From: Candidatus Latescibacterota bacterium
GTDB lineage: Bacteria > Latescibacterota > UBA2968
Direction: 5' to 3'
Length of the DNA: 64,000 bases
Assembly (NCBI GenBank): GCA_965198115.1
Contig: OZ240241.1
Span: 1,792,001-1,856,000 of the forward strand
Both the position numbers and the translations under genes were made by a program. The notes beneath the pieces were generated by a model, which was not told the DNA's origin, did not search any database, and was given only the letters and a program-made list of their open reading frames with translations. Below, piece by piece: positions 62,656 through 64,000 of the stretch (the stretch's first letter is position 1; each line of letters opens with the position of its first letter).

Positions 62656-64000
62656 TGTAAAGCCCGCGGTTGTCTGGACACTCGGGTGAGTGTATTCAGG
62701 CGGCCTTTCGAGTTGCCGTGAGTGCGTTTCTAGCCTGTTCGGGCGTCTTGTAGCCGTGACGTTCGATGATCCACCTGTGGTTGTATCTGTCCCGAAACTC
62801 AAGGAGTGCGAGGCGCAGGTCTTCGATGGTACTGAAGTGTCTAACCCACAGGAGGTTTTCTTTGAGGGTACGGATGAACCGCTCGGCGCATCCGTTGCCT
62901 TCTGGCTCACGCACGAAACTCGGCGATGTTTGGACGCCGAGGAATGCGATCTCGTTCTGGAAGTCGTCAGAGACGTATTGTGACCCGTGATCGTGTCGGA
63001 GCTCCAGTCCTTCGGCGATGTTTTCTTCGAAGCCCCCGAAGTGTTCACGGATGCCCTGTCGGATCGGCTCGAGAGCCTCAAAGCGGTTGGCCGTCTTGGA
63101 GGCGTGAATGCCCACACACTCGCACGTGCAGTGGTCGATCGCGATAAACACGGAGGCTCTGCCCTCGTCGACCGTGGGCGTCACAGTCAGGTCGGTGCCC
63201 CACATCTGATCGGGCTTCTCGGTCGTAATCGTGCCATCGTGGGCTCGTCGTTCGCGACGCCGTCCTGGACGCGCCTGGAGCCCGTTTTCACGCATCAACC
63301 GGCGGACCCGATCCTTTGACGTCCGCATACCGTGAAAGCGAAGCCTGGCCCAGATCTTGCGGTATCCTTCGCCGTGGAAGGGTGACGCGTCGATCTCCTG
63401 CTGAATGAGGGAGACCAATTCCTCATCGGTACCCGCTCCGACCGGGCCTCGCTTCCGGGGTTGCCGAAGATCGGTTACGGATGAACGACGAAGCTGGCTG
63501 TGCACCGTGGAACGGGGTATCTGCAACACTTTGCACACGCGTTTAATGCTGTAGCGTCTCCCCGTGGAGGGCGAAAGGACCTCACTCATTTCCGCGACCT
63601 CCGATGCGCCAAAGGGCGGCGGGCTTCCAGACGATCGATTCTTTGTTGCAGCAGCTCGTTGTCCATCGTGAGCTCGCCAATCTTCGCCTGGAGGTCCTTG
63701 ACCCTCTCGTCACGCTCGTCGCTCGGACGAGAGCGTAGTGCGGCCTGGGCGCCAGAGTGGAACTGATCGCGCCACTCGCTCAATTTAGCTGCCGTTACTC
63801 CCAGATCGCGAGAGACGCTGTCGAGGCTCTCGCCACGCATCACACGTAATACGGCTTCGGCCTTCTTCTTCACGGAGAAACGACCCTGCGAAGTCGCGCT
63901 TGGATCGGCTGGGCCTCCGCTCGCTCTCGCTCGCTCCGCCCCAACCGATCCCCTGGTAGCCTTGTTCATGGTGGACCCTCCTTTTCGACCTACTGTAGGT
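62656..64000 (-). mobile_element. IS3-family element (orfA 63586-63969, orfB 62696-63589), left end beyond the window
   Basis: Terminal TGTAAAGCCC; GYRKIW, WGTD, RHDHGSQY, GNGCAERF; HTH orfA with ATGA overlap. Confidence 0.9.

Noticed and set aside
1-64000. CRISPR array, tRNA, rRNA and the many long antisense or overlapping ORFs
   Set aside because: No regularly spaced repeats or RNA gene signatures were seen by eye; shadow ORFs are expected at high GC opposite well-supported genes

Overview
GC-rich bacterial chromosomal window in three parts. (1) 1.5-15.3 kb: transport and catabolic genes (EamA, DUF6807-like protein, a family-5 ABC binding protein split by an IS200-type element, fatty acid hydroxylase, alpha-hydroxy acid oxidase, PhyH, CaiB, MaoC, C45 hydrolase). 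(2) 16.1-27.1 kb: a nested pile of insertion sequences (ISL3, IS3, several IS256 types, an IS1380 remnant) whose order of insertion can be read from target-site duplications. It holds two copies of an ~800-bp transposase-free element with TGT...ACA ends, ~45-bp inverted repeats and 7-bp TSDs. By eye, the interior of this element resembles several phage genome-end (cos-like) signals, and it is the best candidate for an undescribed system. (3) 27.1-62.7 kb: a minus-strand surface-polysaccharide operon rich in tailoring enzymes (two AsnB, carbamoyltransferase, formyltransferase, GNAT, deacetylase, sulfotransferase-like proteins, several methyltransferases, two radical SAM enzymes), with a DprE1/DprE2-like plus GtrB-like module. 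Many genes, including wzx, are broken by frameshifts, a stop codon or IS insertions, and some single-base frameshifts may be assembly errors. No rRNA, tRNA or CRISPR array was seen. All family calls come from motif recognition, not database searches.
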